The notes under the pieces: model-generated
Databases searched by the model: none
The model's input: only the letters and a program-made list of their open reading frames with translations
What the model was told of the DNA's origin: nothing
Origin: a virus
Strand: one strand, 5' to 3'
Virus genome (UHGV): UHGV-0298867
DNA length: 55,178 nt
Shown: positions 27,101 through 35,236 of the stretch, one piece after another
Layout of the letters: every line of letters begins with the position of its first letter
Numbering within the stretch: position 1 is the first letter of the stretch
Translations under genes and position numbers: made by a program

Positions 27101-27249
27101 TCTTTGCCGCGGCCTGTTTCGATCCCAGCGTCTTCCAGATCGACGTCGAGCTGGAGTAGAGCGCGAGCTTCTGATTTATTAGTGCGCCAGATTACGGCAT
27201 CAGCTTTACCCGATTTTTGAGTCGCTTTTATCAGATAAAAATATTCCAT
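24151..27249 (-). CDS. recE: Exodeoxyribonuclease VIII (RecE-like). Start at the ATG at 27249 ([24 protein letters not shown]), RBS GAGG.
   Basis: [38 protein letters not shown] matches RecE [38 protein letters not shown]. There are more matches along the protein, and the C-terminus is a PD-(D/E)xK nuclease domain. Confidence 0.85.
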   Translation of the reverse strand: [1032 protein letters not shown]

Positions 27250-27386
27250 GTGATAGCCTCTATTTTGGATGTAGAATCCCCCGGGCCATTGGTAGCGCCC
27301 ATTCAGGGTGGTCATTGGTTTTGGTAATTTCCGGTGAAACTTTGGTCGGTGGCACCGGACGTACAGCCCGCTTCGGCGGGTTTACG

Positions 27387-27542
27387 TTAGCCCTCGTGAG
27401 CCATCTGGTCGTGAGAGGCGCAACGTTCAGAGCAATACTCTTTTTCTTTCCGTGCTAGCTGGTTCCCCTGGAGGTACAACAGGGTGCTTACCACTGGCTT
27501 TCCCTCGATTGCTTTACTGCAGTAACCGCATTTCTTCTGCAT
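27387..27542 (-). CDS. Small zinc-finger protein (51 aa, MQKKCGYCSKAIEGKP...CSERCASH)
   Basis: CxxC...CxxC with RBS GGGGGAAG. The longer 74-aa ORF has a basic, low-complexity N-extension. Confidence 0.45.
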   Translation of the reverse strand: MQKKCGYCSKAIEGKPVVSTLLYLQGNQLARKEKEYCSERCASHDQMAHEG

Positions 27543-27550
27543 TCTTCCCC

Positions 27551-27742
27551 CTACATTTGCACCGTGAACCCGGCCGGATGCTCGTCCAGTAAACCTTTCA
27601 GTGGATAACATTCAGCTTTCACGTGTTGCTCTTCTGCAGCTGCCTTGCAGTCATTCTCAGTGTCGTAAACGCCGAGCAGGACATCCTGATTACCGCCCGT
27701 CAGCATGCTGACGGTGAGAACCAGGGCAAACATCGTGCTCAT
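27551..27742 (-). CDS. Small secreted/hydrophobic-leader protein (63 aa), possibly DUF1482-like
   Basis: MSTMFALVLTVSMLTGG... then a Cys-containing acidic tail. RBS AAGGAGG. Confidence 0.45.
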   Translation of the reverse strand: MSTMFALVLTVSMLTGGNQDVLLGVYDTENDCKAAAEEQHVKAECYPLKGLLDEHPAGFTVQM

Positions 27743-27848
27743 GAAGGGCCTCCTTTTTGCGCGAGCATGTAGCACACCCGGCGGATGAAAGCCGACAGCG
27801 GATTTAAACGAACAGCCTGCTGACGAGCGGGTTTGCGTGCGAAATCAT

Positions 27849-27947
27849 TCATAGAAACAATCCCCTCAGTGCGCTGAAGAGCGCGATCCAGATGAAGAGC
27901 CCAATAACTGCTGAAATGATCAGGGCTCTGATGCCTTGCTTGCTCAT
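27849..27947 (-). CDS. Putative 32-aa hydrophobic membrane peptide (MSKQGIRALIISAVIGLFIWIALFSALRGLFL). It is not in the supplied ORF track because it is shorter than 60 aa.
   Basis: RBS GGAG 5 nt upstream of the ATG. It is fully hydrophobic. It overlaps a less plausible 80-aa Arg-rich ORF in another frame. Confidence 0.3.
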   Translation of the reverse strand: MSKQGIRALIISAVIGLFIWIALFSALRGLFL

Positions 27948-28035
27948 TCCAACTCCTCATGTTTGCCTGTCTTTTAACCACTTCAGGCTCGGTGGTATGC
28001 TGGTAGTTCTCACACAGCCAGCAAGGAAATAAAAA

Positions 28036-28266
28036 ATGTCAAAACTGACAACTATGAAAGTTGCTTGCCCTGATTGCGGAAGCGAGATGCTCAAGCGTCC
28101 CGATGATTTCGACTTTGATACAAATTTTGTTGGCGTCAGTTGTGCCAACTGTGGTCGAGAAATCACTAAGGACGATGTTGTTAAGCAAGGGACGGATGTT
28201 GTCAAAAAGCAGGTTGACGACATCCTCAGGGATGCCTTCAAGGGAACGGGCTGGAAGCTCAAGTAA
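28036..28266 (+). CDS. Zinc-ribbon protein (76 aa; CPDCG...CANCG)
   Basis: RBS AAGGAAA. Two CxxC pairs ~20 aa apart. It is fully overlapped by a minus-strand 102-aa ORF (28039-28347), so which strand is coding is uncertain. Confidence 0.4.
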   Translation: MSKLTTMKVACPDCGSEMLKRPDDFDFDTNFVGVSCANCGREITKDDVVKQGTDVVKKQVDDILRDAFKGTGWKLK

Positions 28267-28573
28267 CCCCAGTAGTTCCTCGACCTGATTGATTACTTCC
28301 GTGGCGTCTATTTCGAGTTCAATAGGCGCCACCTTTACCTTACTCATCTCACCCTCATTGCCTTGTCGCCGGCCAGCGGAACGTTTATCGGAGCAACGCA
28401 GCGCGTTGTTGATGTAATGAGTTTAATCATTGCTAAACTATTCTGTAAAGTAAAAAGTAAACTTTTATGCGTAAAAAATTGAAGCCTTCAGATCCTGAGG
28501 CCCAAATGAAGGAAGGGGTTGTGAAAAAACCAAAGCCCGCCTTAGACGAGATTTGGTTTGGGAGGCGTGAGCG

Positions 28574-28939
28574 TTAACTGCGTGAAGCCAGTAACTCTTT
28601 GAAAAGTTCGTTGAATTTATTGAACTTAGATTCAAATTCAATTAGCGCTTCTTTCTTTGCGGAGTCAGGGAATCCACGAAAAAAAGTAATGAGCTTAAGT
28701 TCTTCTTCACTCAACACAAGACTTGGCGGTGTGCTTTGGGAGTCAGAGGTGTCTGAGTCAAGGAAGCCTGAGGGCATTCCGTAATCTCTTTCTAACCTTC
28801 TTGCCGCTCTTTCGCCAAAGGAACTGCGGCCATTTATCAATTGAGATAAATAGCTTTTCTCTTTCTCTGGAAGCGACTTTTCTGAGAACCATTCCTTAAG
28901 TCGCCTGCGTCTAATTTCCTGTGTCGTCATAGAAAGCAT
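28574..28939 (-). CDS. CI-like HTH repressor (XRE family, no S24 peptidase domain). Start at the ATG at 28939 or 28930, apparently leaderless.
   Basis: Divergent from the Cro-like gene. LPEKEKSYLSQLINGRSSFGERAARRLERDYGMP has an HTH character. The position matches lambda cI. Confidence 0.55.
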   Translation of the reverse strand: MLSMTTQEIRRRRLKEWFSEKSLPEKEKSYLSQLINGRSSFGERAARRLERDYGMPSGFLDSDTSDSQSTPPSLVLSEEELKLITFFRGFPDSAKKEALIEFESKFNKFNELFKELLASRS

Positions 28940-28951
28940 TTTGATTAGTAA

Positions 28952-28999
28952 TTTATAAACAAGCAAATACTTGACGTTTTGGTTTAGTGTTTTATAAAC
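28952..28999. promoter_or_regulatory. Operator-like inverted motifs TTTATAAACA (28952-28961) and TGTTTTATAAAC (28988-28999) between the cI-like and cro-like genes
   Basis: Imperfect inverted repeats that overlap the putative PR -10 element. Confidence 0.35.
28971..28998 (+). promoter_or_regulatory. PR-like sigma70 promoter (-35 TTGACG, 16-nt spacer, -10 TATAAA) for the cro-like operon
   Basis: Good consensus match 29 nt upstream of the cro-like ATG. Confidence 0.45.
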
Positions 29000-29026
29000 T
29001 CACCGTAATCACATGAGGGAGCCACT

Positions 29027-29290
29027 ATGCAACTTAAAGATTATCTAAACATGAAACGAGGCAGCTCCAAGGCCTTGGCTACAAAGCTCGAGGTATCGAC
29101 TTCTTATCTTTCACAAATGGCATCTGGGATTGCTGCCATATCCCCATCTCGCGCCATACAAATAGAACAGCTTACGGAAGGCGCTGTTACCAGAGCAGAT
29201 TGTTTCCCAGATGATTGGGAAACAATCTGGCCTGAGTTTATACCTCCTACAACTCCCCTAACTAACAGCTCCGAGCTTAATGGGGATTAA
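29027..29290 (+). CDS. Cro-like HTH regulator (YdaS family)
   Basis: ...KLEVSTSYLSQMASG...RAIQIEQLTEGAVTRADCFPDDW is typical of YdaS/Cro-type HTH proteins. Confidence 0.65.
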   Translation: MQLKDYLNMKRGSSKALATKLEVSTSYLSQMASGIAAISPSRAIQIEQLTEGAVTRADCFPDDWETIWPEFIPPTTPLTNSSELNGD

Positions 29291-29292
29291 CC

Positions 29293-29829
29293 ATGCAAAC
29301 ACTTCCCTTTCAACAAAATACCGGATTCAACACCGGCGCTCTGATAAAGCGAAATCAGCTGAGAGAGTCAGATCACGACGCTATTCGCTCTGCTGTTCGC
29401 GCCTGGGCTGCAGCTGAGGGCCAGGATGTTGTGTCGGCACATATCATCGATGAGTGGCGCCAGCAGGGCGGCGAGGAGATCGCGTTCCCTGATGATATCA
29501 GCCGTGCCCGACAGAAGCTTTTTCGCTACCTGGACAACCCGGCCGAGTCTGAGCGCTATCGCGAGTACGTTCGCCTTCTTACCCCGGCAATCATGGCCGT
29601 TCTTCCGCTGGAGTTCCGACATCGTCTGATGCCTCAGGACGATATTTTGTCGCGCCTGTCTTCGGCCATGAAGGAATGCGCTGAAGCAAAGCAGGCGGTG
29701 ATGCTGAACGCGCCAGAGCACCAGAAACTGAAGGAGGTGAGCGAGGGAATAGCGTCGCTTTTCAGGTTAATGCCTGAGCAGACAGGAGCGCTGATGACGA
29801 TCGTGAGCTCAATGCTCGGCGTGATGTAA
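29293..29829 (+). CDS. YdaT-like regulatory protein in the CII position
   Basis: It follows the YdaS-like gene, as in Rac-type prophages; 178 aa. Confidence 0.4.
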   Translation: MQTLPFQQNTGFNTGALIKRNQLRESDHDAIRSAVRAWAAAEGQDVVSAHIIDEWRQQGGEEIAFPDDISRARQKLFRYLDNPAESERYREYVRLLTPAIMAVLPLEFRHRLMPQDDILSRLSSAMKECAEAKQAVMLNAPEHQKLKEVSEGIASLFRLMPEQTGALMTIVSSMLGVM

Positions 29830-29840
29830 GCAGGGTATCC

Positions 29841-30101
29841 ATGAATCACATCAAATTTATTGAGAAAAACGTCCGCGAGGAACTTCTTCGCCAGGACTTC
29901 ACGCAAGCAGTGGCTCAGGGGGGGGCATACCAGGCGGTCGATATGTACAAGCGGATGTCACAGGCAAGCCGCAAAGGGGAAATTTTTGACGATGTTATGC
30001 GACACGCAAAGTTATGGGCAGAGAAGCAGACCAGCGCAGCTGAACGCCGGGAAGCAAAGCGCAAAGTGCGAAAGGGCGGCGACCAGGCTGGGTTGTTCTG
30101 A
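29841..30101 (+). CDS. Hypothetical protein (86 aa)
   Basis: ORF in the early-right operon. Confidence 0.4.
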   Translation: MNHIKFIEKNVREELLRQDFTQAVAQGGAYQAVDMYKRMSQASRKGEIFDDVMRHAKLWAEKQTSAAERREAKRKVRKGGDQAGLF

Positions 30102-30175
30102 AAGGGTGAAGACTGTTGTGCGCCAACACAGCCAGTCTTCGGGTGAATTAATTGGGTCAATTCACGGGATGAAGT

Positions 30176-31096
30176 ATGTCAAATACCGCTGAAGTTATCA
30201 ATTTTCCGATTAAAACCGAGCGTTCGGGAGGTCAAATGGCCGACCTGGCTAACGGGTATACCAAGATCGCAAACGAGATACAGAAGCTCAAGCCGCGTCT
30301 GCGGATGTCAGGTCGTGAGTGGCAGTGTCTTGAGGCTGTTATCTGGCTTACCTATGGATGGAACAAGAAGCAGGACCGAGTAACAAACACGGTGATTGCT
30401 GAGCTGACAGACCTCGGAGAGTCGCATATTTCCGACACAATCAAATCTCTCGCGGAGCGGAAAATTATCTTCGCTCATAAGCAGGGAGTGATGAAAATTG
30501 TCGGTATAAATACTGAGCTATCTGAGTGGATTTTAGACAAACCGAAAACGGGAAAACTCTTCCCGGAATCGGGAAAAGTGTTACCGAAAACGGGAAAACC
30601 TTTCCCGGAAACGGGAGACACCCAATACAAGAACAAGAACAATAGTAAAAGATCTTCTTCGTCTCGGAATTCTAAAGAATCCCGAAACGAGGAAACTTTG
30701 AAGTTTCTCTCTCGTCATCCAGAAGCGGCCGATGGGATTTATACCCCTGCGGGTAAATCCTGGGGAACAGCTGACGACCTCAAAGCCGCGCGATGGATTT
30801 TCGATAAAGCCCTCACCGTGAACGCCTCCCTCTCAGAGCCCAACTGGGTTGAATGGGCGAACACCATCCGCCTGATGCGTCTGCAGGACAAGCGCACTCA
30901 CTATGAAATCTGCGAACTGTTCAAGTGGGCGAATGAAAATGATTTCTGGCAAGAAAACATTCTCTGCCCATCAAAACTACGCAAACAGTGGGATCAACTC
31001 ACGACAAAAAGACTTCGTAGCCATAGCCCATCAAAAAACAAATCAGGCGCCAGCGCGCTGGACAATACCGATTGGATCGACGGGGTACTCGAATGA
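30176..31096 (+). CDS. Replication initiator O-like (replisome organiser)
   Basis: N-terminal ADLANGYTKIANEIQ...LSGREWQCLEAVIWLTYGWNKK fits the phage_rep_O domain. Iterons lie inside the gene. The stop overlaps the P-like start (ATGA). Confidence 0.8.
   Translation: MSNTAEVINFPIKTERSGGQMADLANGYTKIANEIQKLKPRLRMSGREWQCLEAVIWLTYGWNKKQDRVTNTVIAELTDLGESHISDTIKSLAERKIIFAHKQGVMKIVGINTELSEWILDKPKTGKLFPESGKVLPKTGKPFPETGDTQYKNKNNSKRSSSSRNSKESRNEETLKFLSRHPEAADGIYTPAGKSWGTADDLKAARWIFDKALTVNASLSEPNWVEWANTIRLMRLQDKRTHYEICELFKWANENDFWQENILCPSKLRKQWDQLTTKRLRSHSPSKNKSGASALDNTDWIDGVLE
30541..30620. repeat. Four ~17-bp iteron-like direct repeats ((T/A)CCGGAAAACGGGAAAAC) at ~21-bp spacing inside the O-like gene, followed by an AT-rich stretch. 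This is a candidate origin of replication.
   Basis: ACCGAAAACGGGAAAAC / TCCCGGAATCGGGAAAAG / ACCGAAAACGGGAAAAC / TCCCGGAAACGGGAGAC. Confidence 0.6.
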
Positions 31097-31836
31097 AATC
31101 TATCGCAGAAAGCATGCACAACTTCGACCGTGAAAACTTCCAGCGAGTGGCTGCCGGGCTTCCGGAAATGCAGGACGAGCAGGCAGTAAAGCGCCAGGCG
31201 GCCAAGACTGCGGAGATCTTCAACGAGCTGTTCCGCCAGCTGCTTGCCGTATTCCCGGTGTTGGCCAACAAATCTGTGGAAGACCTCAACGAGATGCGTC
31301 GCCAGTGGTTGTTGGCGTTCAAAGAAAACGGGATCACCACAGTTGAGCAGATTAACGCAGGGATGCGGGTTGCGCGCAAACAGGAAAAACCATTTATGCC
31401 ATCACCGGGACAGTTCGTCGCCTGGTGTCGTTCTGAGGAGGCGGTAACTGTAGGCCTGCCAGATGCGAGTGAGCTGGTTGAAATGGTTTACCAGTATTGC
31501 CGGTCTCGCGGCCAGTATCCAGACGCTGAGTCGTACCCATGGCCTGAGCACAAAATCGAACCGTTAACGCTGAAACACAAAGCTTGCTACTGGATGGTTA
31601 CTGGCTTGTACGCAGACATGCGCGCAAACGGCCTCAGCGACACTGAGCTGCGACGTAAGGCGCAGGATGAGCTTCTGCGTATGGTTCGTCGCTTGAATGC
31701 CGGGGAAGTGATTCCCGAGCCGGTTAAACAGATCCCAAAGCTTGGCGGACGTCCGCTGAGTAACGAGCAGGGCTTAAACAAAATCGCTGAAATCCGCGCG
31801 AAATTCGGTTTAGGCAGAGGGCGGAATCATGGCTAG
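31093..31836 (+). CDS. Replication protein P-like (DnaB helicase loader)
   Basis: MKSIAESMHNFDRENFQRVA...RRQWLLAFKENGITTVEQINAGMRVARKQEKPFMPSPGQFVAWCR matches lambda P (MKNIAAQMVNFDREQMRRIA...RRQWVLAFRENGITTMEQVNAGMRVARRQNRPFLPSPGQFVAWCR). Confidence 0.9.
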   Translation: MKSIAESMHNFDRENFQRVAAGLPEMQDEQAVKRQAAKTAEIFNELFRQLLAVFPVLANKSVEDLNEMRRQWLLAFKENGITTVEQINAGMRVARKQEKPFMPSPGQFVAWCRSEEAVTVGLPDASELVEMVYQYCRSRGQYPDAESYPWPEHKIEPLTLKHKACYWMVTGLYADMRANGLSDTELRRKAQDELLRMVRRLNAGEVIPEPVKQIPKLGGRPLSNEQGLNKIAEIRAKFGLGRGRNHG

Positions 31837-32164
31837 AGCATTATCAGCAGTTGAGCGCAGAGAGTACGTCCGCGCAGTGATTCGGATCACCAGGCATCAG
31901 GGGCGCCTTACGACCACCGAGGCAATGAAAAAACTGGGGCTGAGCCGCGCTACTGTCCAGCGGTATTTTTCCGAAGCAGAAGCGACTGGCGAGGTTGTCC
32001 GGCATGGTCGTTTGGGGCTTTTCCGCGATCAGCGGGCCGTCATCGACTTTGACATGAAGCGTTTTGGCCTGGTGCCGAAAGTTGCTGTTGGGATGAATTA
32101 CAGCCTGCTTGGCAGTCCTGTTTTTCAGCGAGTTTTAGATGTTCAGGAGGCTATTCATGGCTAA
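31829..32164 (+). CDS. Hypothetical HTH-containing protein (111 aa)
   Basis: TTTEAMKKLGLSRATVQRYF is an HTH-like segment. The start overlaps the P-like stop. Confidence 0.45.
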   Translation: MARALSAVERREYVRAVIRITRHQGRLTTTEAMKKLGLSRATVQRYFSEAEATGEVVRHGRLGLFRDQRAVIDFDMKRFGLVPKVAVGMNYSLLGSPVFQRVLDVQEAIHG

Positions 32165-32942
32165 GAATTCAATCGATGTATACGGTGCCAGCGGCAAAAC
32201 AAACGTGCTCAATTTCGAGCCTGAAAACCTGCACCTGGTCACCGATAAGACCCACCCACTTTATGATGAGCGGGTACACCTGCCTATTGAGGAAGGGATG
32301 GTACTGAACATTGCGGAGCTGGGTGTACTTGAGCCGATCATCGTCTGGAAAGACCCTGAAACGGGGCTCACCTGCGTAGTTGTTGGCCGTCAGCGCGTTA
32401 AACATACCCTGGAGGCAAATAAACTCCGTCTGAAAGAAGGCAAAGACCCACTGCTTGTACCTGGAGTCGTTAAGCGCGGATCAGCAAATCAGATGGCTAA
32501 ATACATGGTCAGTGAAAACGAAATTCGCCGACCTGATACACCACTTGGCCGGGCTAAAAAAATGTCAGACGCGCTCGACCGCGGGCTCGATGAGGACGAC
32601 ATTGCGGTGTTGTTTGGCTGCAGCGTTCAGACCGTTCGTGCAACGCTCTCCCTTCTCGATGCCACTCAGGCCGTCCGGGAAGCGGTGGAGGCTGGAACTG
32701 TCACCGTTACCCAGGCACGTCAGCTAGGTGCGCTCACACCTGAAGAGCAGCGGGCAAAAGTAGCAGAAATCGAGCTGGCGACAGCTGGTACCAAAGGCCA
32801 CGAAAAAGCCCGTCGACAACGCCAGATTCTCGGTGAAGCAAAGCCGCGTCTCAAATCACGCAAAGAAATCACAAAAGCCCTCGAAGGTGCCAGCGGTGAA
32901 TACGCGGAGGCTCTGCGCTGGGTGCTTGGGGAGGCTGTATGA
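32157..32942 (+). CDS. ParB/Srx-like nuclease-domain protein (start MAKNSIDVYG, RBS CAGGAGG)
   Basis: The N-terminal region fits a ParB N-domain-like pattern (VLEPIIVW...GRQRV). The C-terminus is basic. Confidence 0.55.
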   Translation: MAKNSIDVYGASGKTNVLNFEPENLHLVTDKTHPLYDERVHLPIEEGMVLNIAELGVLEPIIVWKDPETGLTCVVVGRQRVKHTLEANKLRLKEGKDPLLVPGVVKRGSANQMAKYMVSENEIRRPDTPLGRAKKMSDALDRGLDEDDIAVLFGCSVQTVRATLSLLDATQAVREAVEAGTVTVTQARQLGALTPEEQRAKVAEIELATAGTKGHEKARRQRQILGEAKPRLKSRKEITKALEGASGEYAEALRWVLGEAV

Positions 32943-33142
32943 CAATCGTAAAAAACCATACCGGCACCGTGATCACCAAAGACGGTCCGAAGGTAAAAAA
33001 ACTGCACCAGACAGAGCGGATGTGGGTCGTCGGCAAAAACGAGTTTTACCATAAAGAAACCGGGCGCCGTCACTTTGCAGAAAATACGCGCCGCCGACTG
33101 CTGCTCGACACCATCAAGCCTATCGGGGTGAAGCATGTTTAA
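32939..33142 (+). CDS. Hypothetical small protein (67 aa)
   Basis: ATGA overlap with the upstream gene. Confidence 0.4.
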   Translation: MTIVKNHTGTVITKDGPKVKKLHQTERMWVVGKNEFYHKETGRRHFAENTRRRLLLDTIKPIGVKHV

Positions 33143-33371
33143 ACAGAACGAAAAATGTATCGCTCAAATTGCTGAGTATATCCCGCGCGCCTGCCGGGGT
33201 ATGCAGCTGCAGGAGGCCAAAGCGCGCCTGGAGAAAAAAATAGCGCTCTATATCGATGACGGCTGTGATGCTGCCGTCCTTAATGCGGCCTTTGCGCCAG
33301 CTCTTAACAGTCATACGAGGGAGTCTTTTTTTTCGTGCATCGCAGCGCAGCTGTATGAGGGGGGCAAATGA
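33135..33371 (+). CDS. Hypothetical small protein (78 aa)
   Basis: ORF with RBS GGGGTG. Confidence 0.4.
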   Translation: MFKQNEKCIAQIAEYIPRACRGMQLQEAKARLEKKIALYIDDGCDAAVLNAAFAPALNSHTRESFFSCIAAQLYEGGK

Positions 33372-33501
33372 GCAACTCACTGCAAATTCTCTGCATTAAG
33401 GATACCGAAGGATACTGGATTGAAGGTGAAATGTATCCGGCCCGACAGTTATAGCGGTTTTTTTCACATCTCATGCAGAAGCATGGAAACCACGACACAA
33501 A

Positions 33502-33545
33502 GCGGGCAGGCGTCGCAGGGATACAAGCGCGCCTGCTCGCTTTTT
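33502..33545 (+). terminator. Intrinsic terminator (GCGGGCAGGCG...CGCCTGCTCGC then TTTTT) closing the nin-side operon, just before the AT-rich island
   Basis: An 11-bp stem with one mismatch, followed by a T-run. Confidence 0.55.
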
Positions 33546-33682
33546 AATAGTCTGAGTGAGGTCGCTTTTTAGAATCAAATGGCTTGCAAATTTTTTCAAC
33601 ATTGAGGTAACTTGATAGGAATCGAAGGATAAATTAGGACAAAAGCAATTGTAATTGCTTTTTGGATGATTAGGTGTAGGTT

Positions 33683-34789
33683 ATGACAGGTAGTGTCCCG
33701 GTAGTGCTTTCTGAATCTGAGTTAAAGTCGATCTTGACCTTGACTGAGCGTTTCACATGGAGCGTTGCAAGACCAATTATTGCTTCTTTAGGGCTACCAA
33801 CAGGTAGAGGGCGCGAAGCAACCAACGAAAAAATACTTGAAAGCCTCATTGATCTTAAAAGTAAAGATAAGAAAAAATTTGATGGCATCATGGAAAATGT
33901 AAGTGACCTGGTTTTTGGTCAGGTTGTTTATGGTGAAAAAGCTATATTTAGTTTGTCTGTAGACAATGGCGTAATTAAAACACTAAATGACAGATTTAGT
34001 TTGCAATGGAATTCAATGAATCAAGCAATATCATTGGTTGATACAATTCTTGATAATATCCAATTGCAAAGTGCTGTTAAAAATCAACCTAAGCTTATTA
34101 ATTACTCTATTCAGAATAGTCAATCTATTCTGGTTTTTTCATCTGTCAGAGAATTGGTTATAAGAGAAATAATCCCTCCTGCAGCACTTGCGCAATATAA
34201 ACATTTTGACGAAATCATTGCAAAGAGAAAAGAAAAACGGCAGTGTTTCGATGTGTGTATAATGGATTTTGCTTCTAATAAAATTCATATTTTGATTGAT
34301 ACCAATGGTAATATTGTTGGTGATAATGTTACTTTTGCAAAGAGTAGCATTATTCGCGAATTGTATAATAAAGCCGGTTATGAGTTTAAATCTTCGGAAA
34401 AAGAGTTTTATCCGTTGATTGAACCAATTTTTAAGCAAGATGTATTACCCTATTCAAAATTAAACTATAAAGTCTTTGATTTGTCATTTTTGACGAGTGA
34501 GGGCACCACGCATAAGGAAAAGAAAAATGTGGCTACAAAAGATTTGCGTGATGACTTGTTTAATAAGGAAGGTATAAAAGCAGTAGGCAGTATTGGTTTG
34601 TATCGTATTGGAATTAGAGTCGAAAGAAATAATCCAAAATTGCAATTGGCAGATAACGTAGAGCTTATCATTCCTGGAACCCTCCGCAGGCATTTAGGAG
34701 GGAGTGGTTGCTCTCCTGTCAACTATGCTATATTAAGTAAATGTATATCCAAAGGTGATTTCGAAACCCTCACAAAGCTGATATTATAA
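33683..34789 (+). CDS. Island gene A: 368-aa protein with no recognisable domain (AT-rich)
   Basis: A long ORF with RBS AGGTGT. About 35% GC against ~53% in the flanks. It is the first of three tightly packed genes. Confidence 0.6.
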   Translation: MTGSVPVVLSESELKSILTLTERFTWSVARPIIASLGLPTGRGREATNEKILESLIDLKSKDKKKFDGIMENVSDLVFGQVVYGEKAIFSLSVDNGVIKTLNDRFSLQWNSMNQAISLVDTILDNIQLQSAVKNQPKLINYSIQNSQSILVFSSVRELVIREIIPPAALAQYKHFDEIIAKRKEKRQCFDVCIMDFASNKIHILIDTNGNIVGDNVTFAKSSIIRELYNKAGYEFKSSEKEFYPLIEPIFKQDVLPYSKLNYKVFDLSFLTSEGTTHKEKKNVATKDLRDDLFNKEGIKAVGSIGLYRIGIRVERNNPKLQLADNVELIIPGTLRRHLGGSGCSPVNYAILSKCISKGDFETLTKLIL

Positions 34790-34801
34790 TCGGAGTCAGC
34801 A

Positions 34802-35236
34802 ATGAAGGATGGTGATATGCCCAAAGTCATCAAAGAAATGTGTGCAGAGCGTCCTGATGTTGGGGCGCTAGCTTGCTATTTGTACGATGAAATTGAGGCA
34901 AGGGCTAAAAAATCATCAAACATGGCTTTAAGTTATAAGGATTTGTTTAATATAGCTGATGGTTATAACAAGGGTTTACAATCAGAAACGTATGAGCAGG
35001 TTCTCTATCCAGCCATACAAATTCTGTGCAGTCCAAAAATTGATTTTTTAAAACTCAATTACTGGTTTATTGATGATTTTCATGACCCTGTAGAACTTGA
35101 GATAGAGGAAGTGGTTGAGGCGGAAATTAGTCAATGTTTAGTAAACCCATATACAGGTGAGCTTATGCATGACTATAAGTTGTTCGTCTTCCCTTTTTTT
35201 ACATTAGATGAGTCTAAATCAAAGGATATTGTCTGA
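34802..35236 (+). CDS. Island gene B: 144-aa acidic protein with no recognisable domain
   Basis: It starts 12 nt after gene A and its stop overlaps the gene C start (ATGA). Confidence 0.55.
   Translation: MKDGDMPKVIKEMCAERPDVGALACYLYDEIEARAKKSSNMALSYKDLFNIADGYNKGLQSETYEQVLYPAIQILCSPKIDFLKLNYWFIDDFHDPVELEIEEVVEAEISQCLVNPYTGELMHDYKLFVFPFFTLDESKSKDIV

Noticed and set aside
27739-28262. 80-aa and 101-aa minus-strand ORFs (27739-27981, 27957-28262)
   Set aside because: Arg-rich and Ser/Thr-rich low-complexity translations. A short hydrophobic peptide ORF and a plus-strand zinc-ribbon ORF explain the region better.
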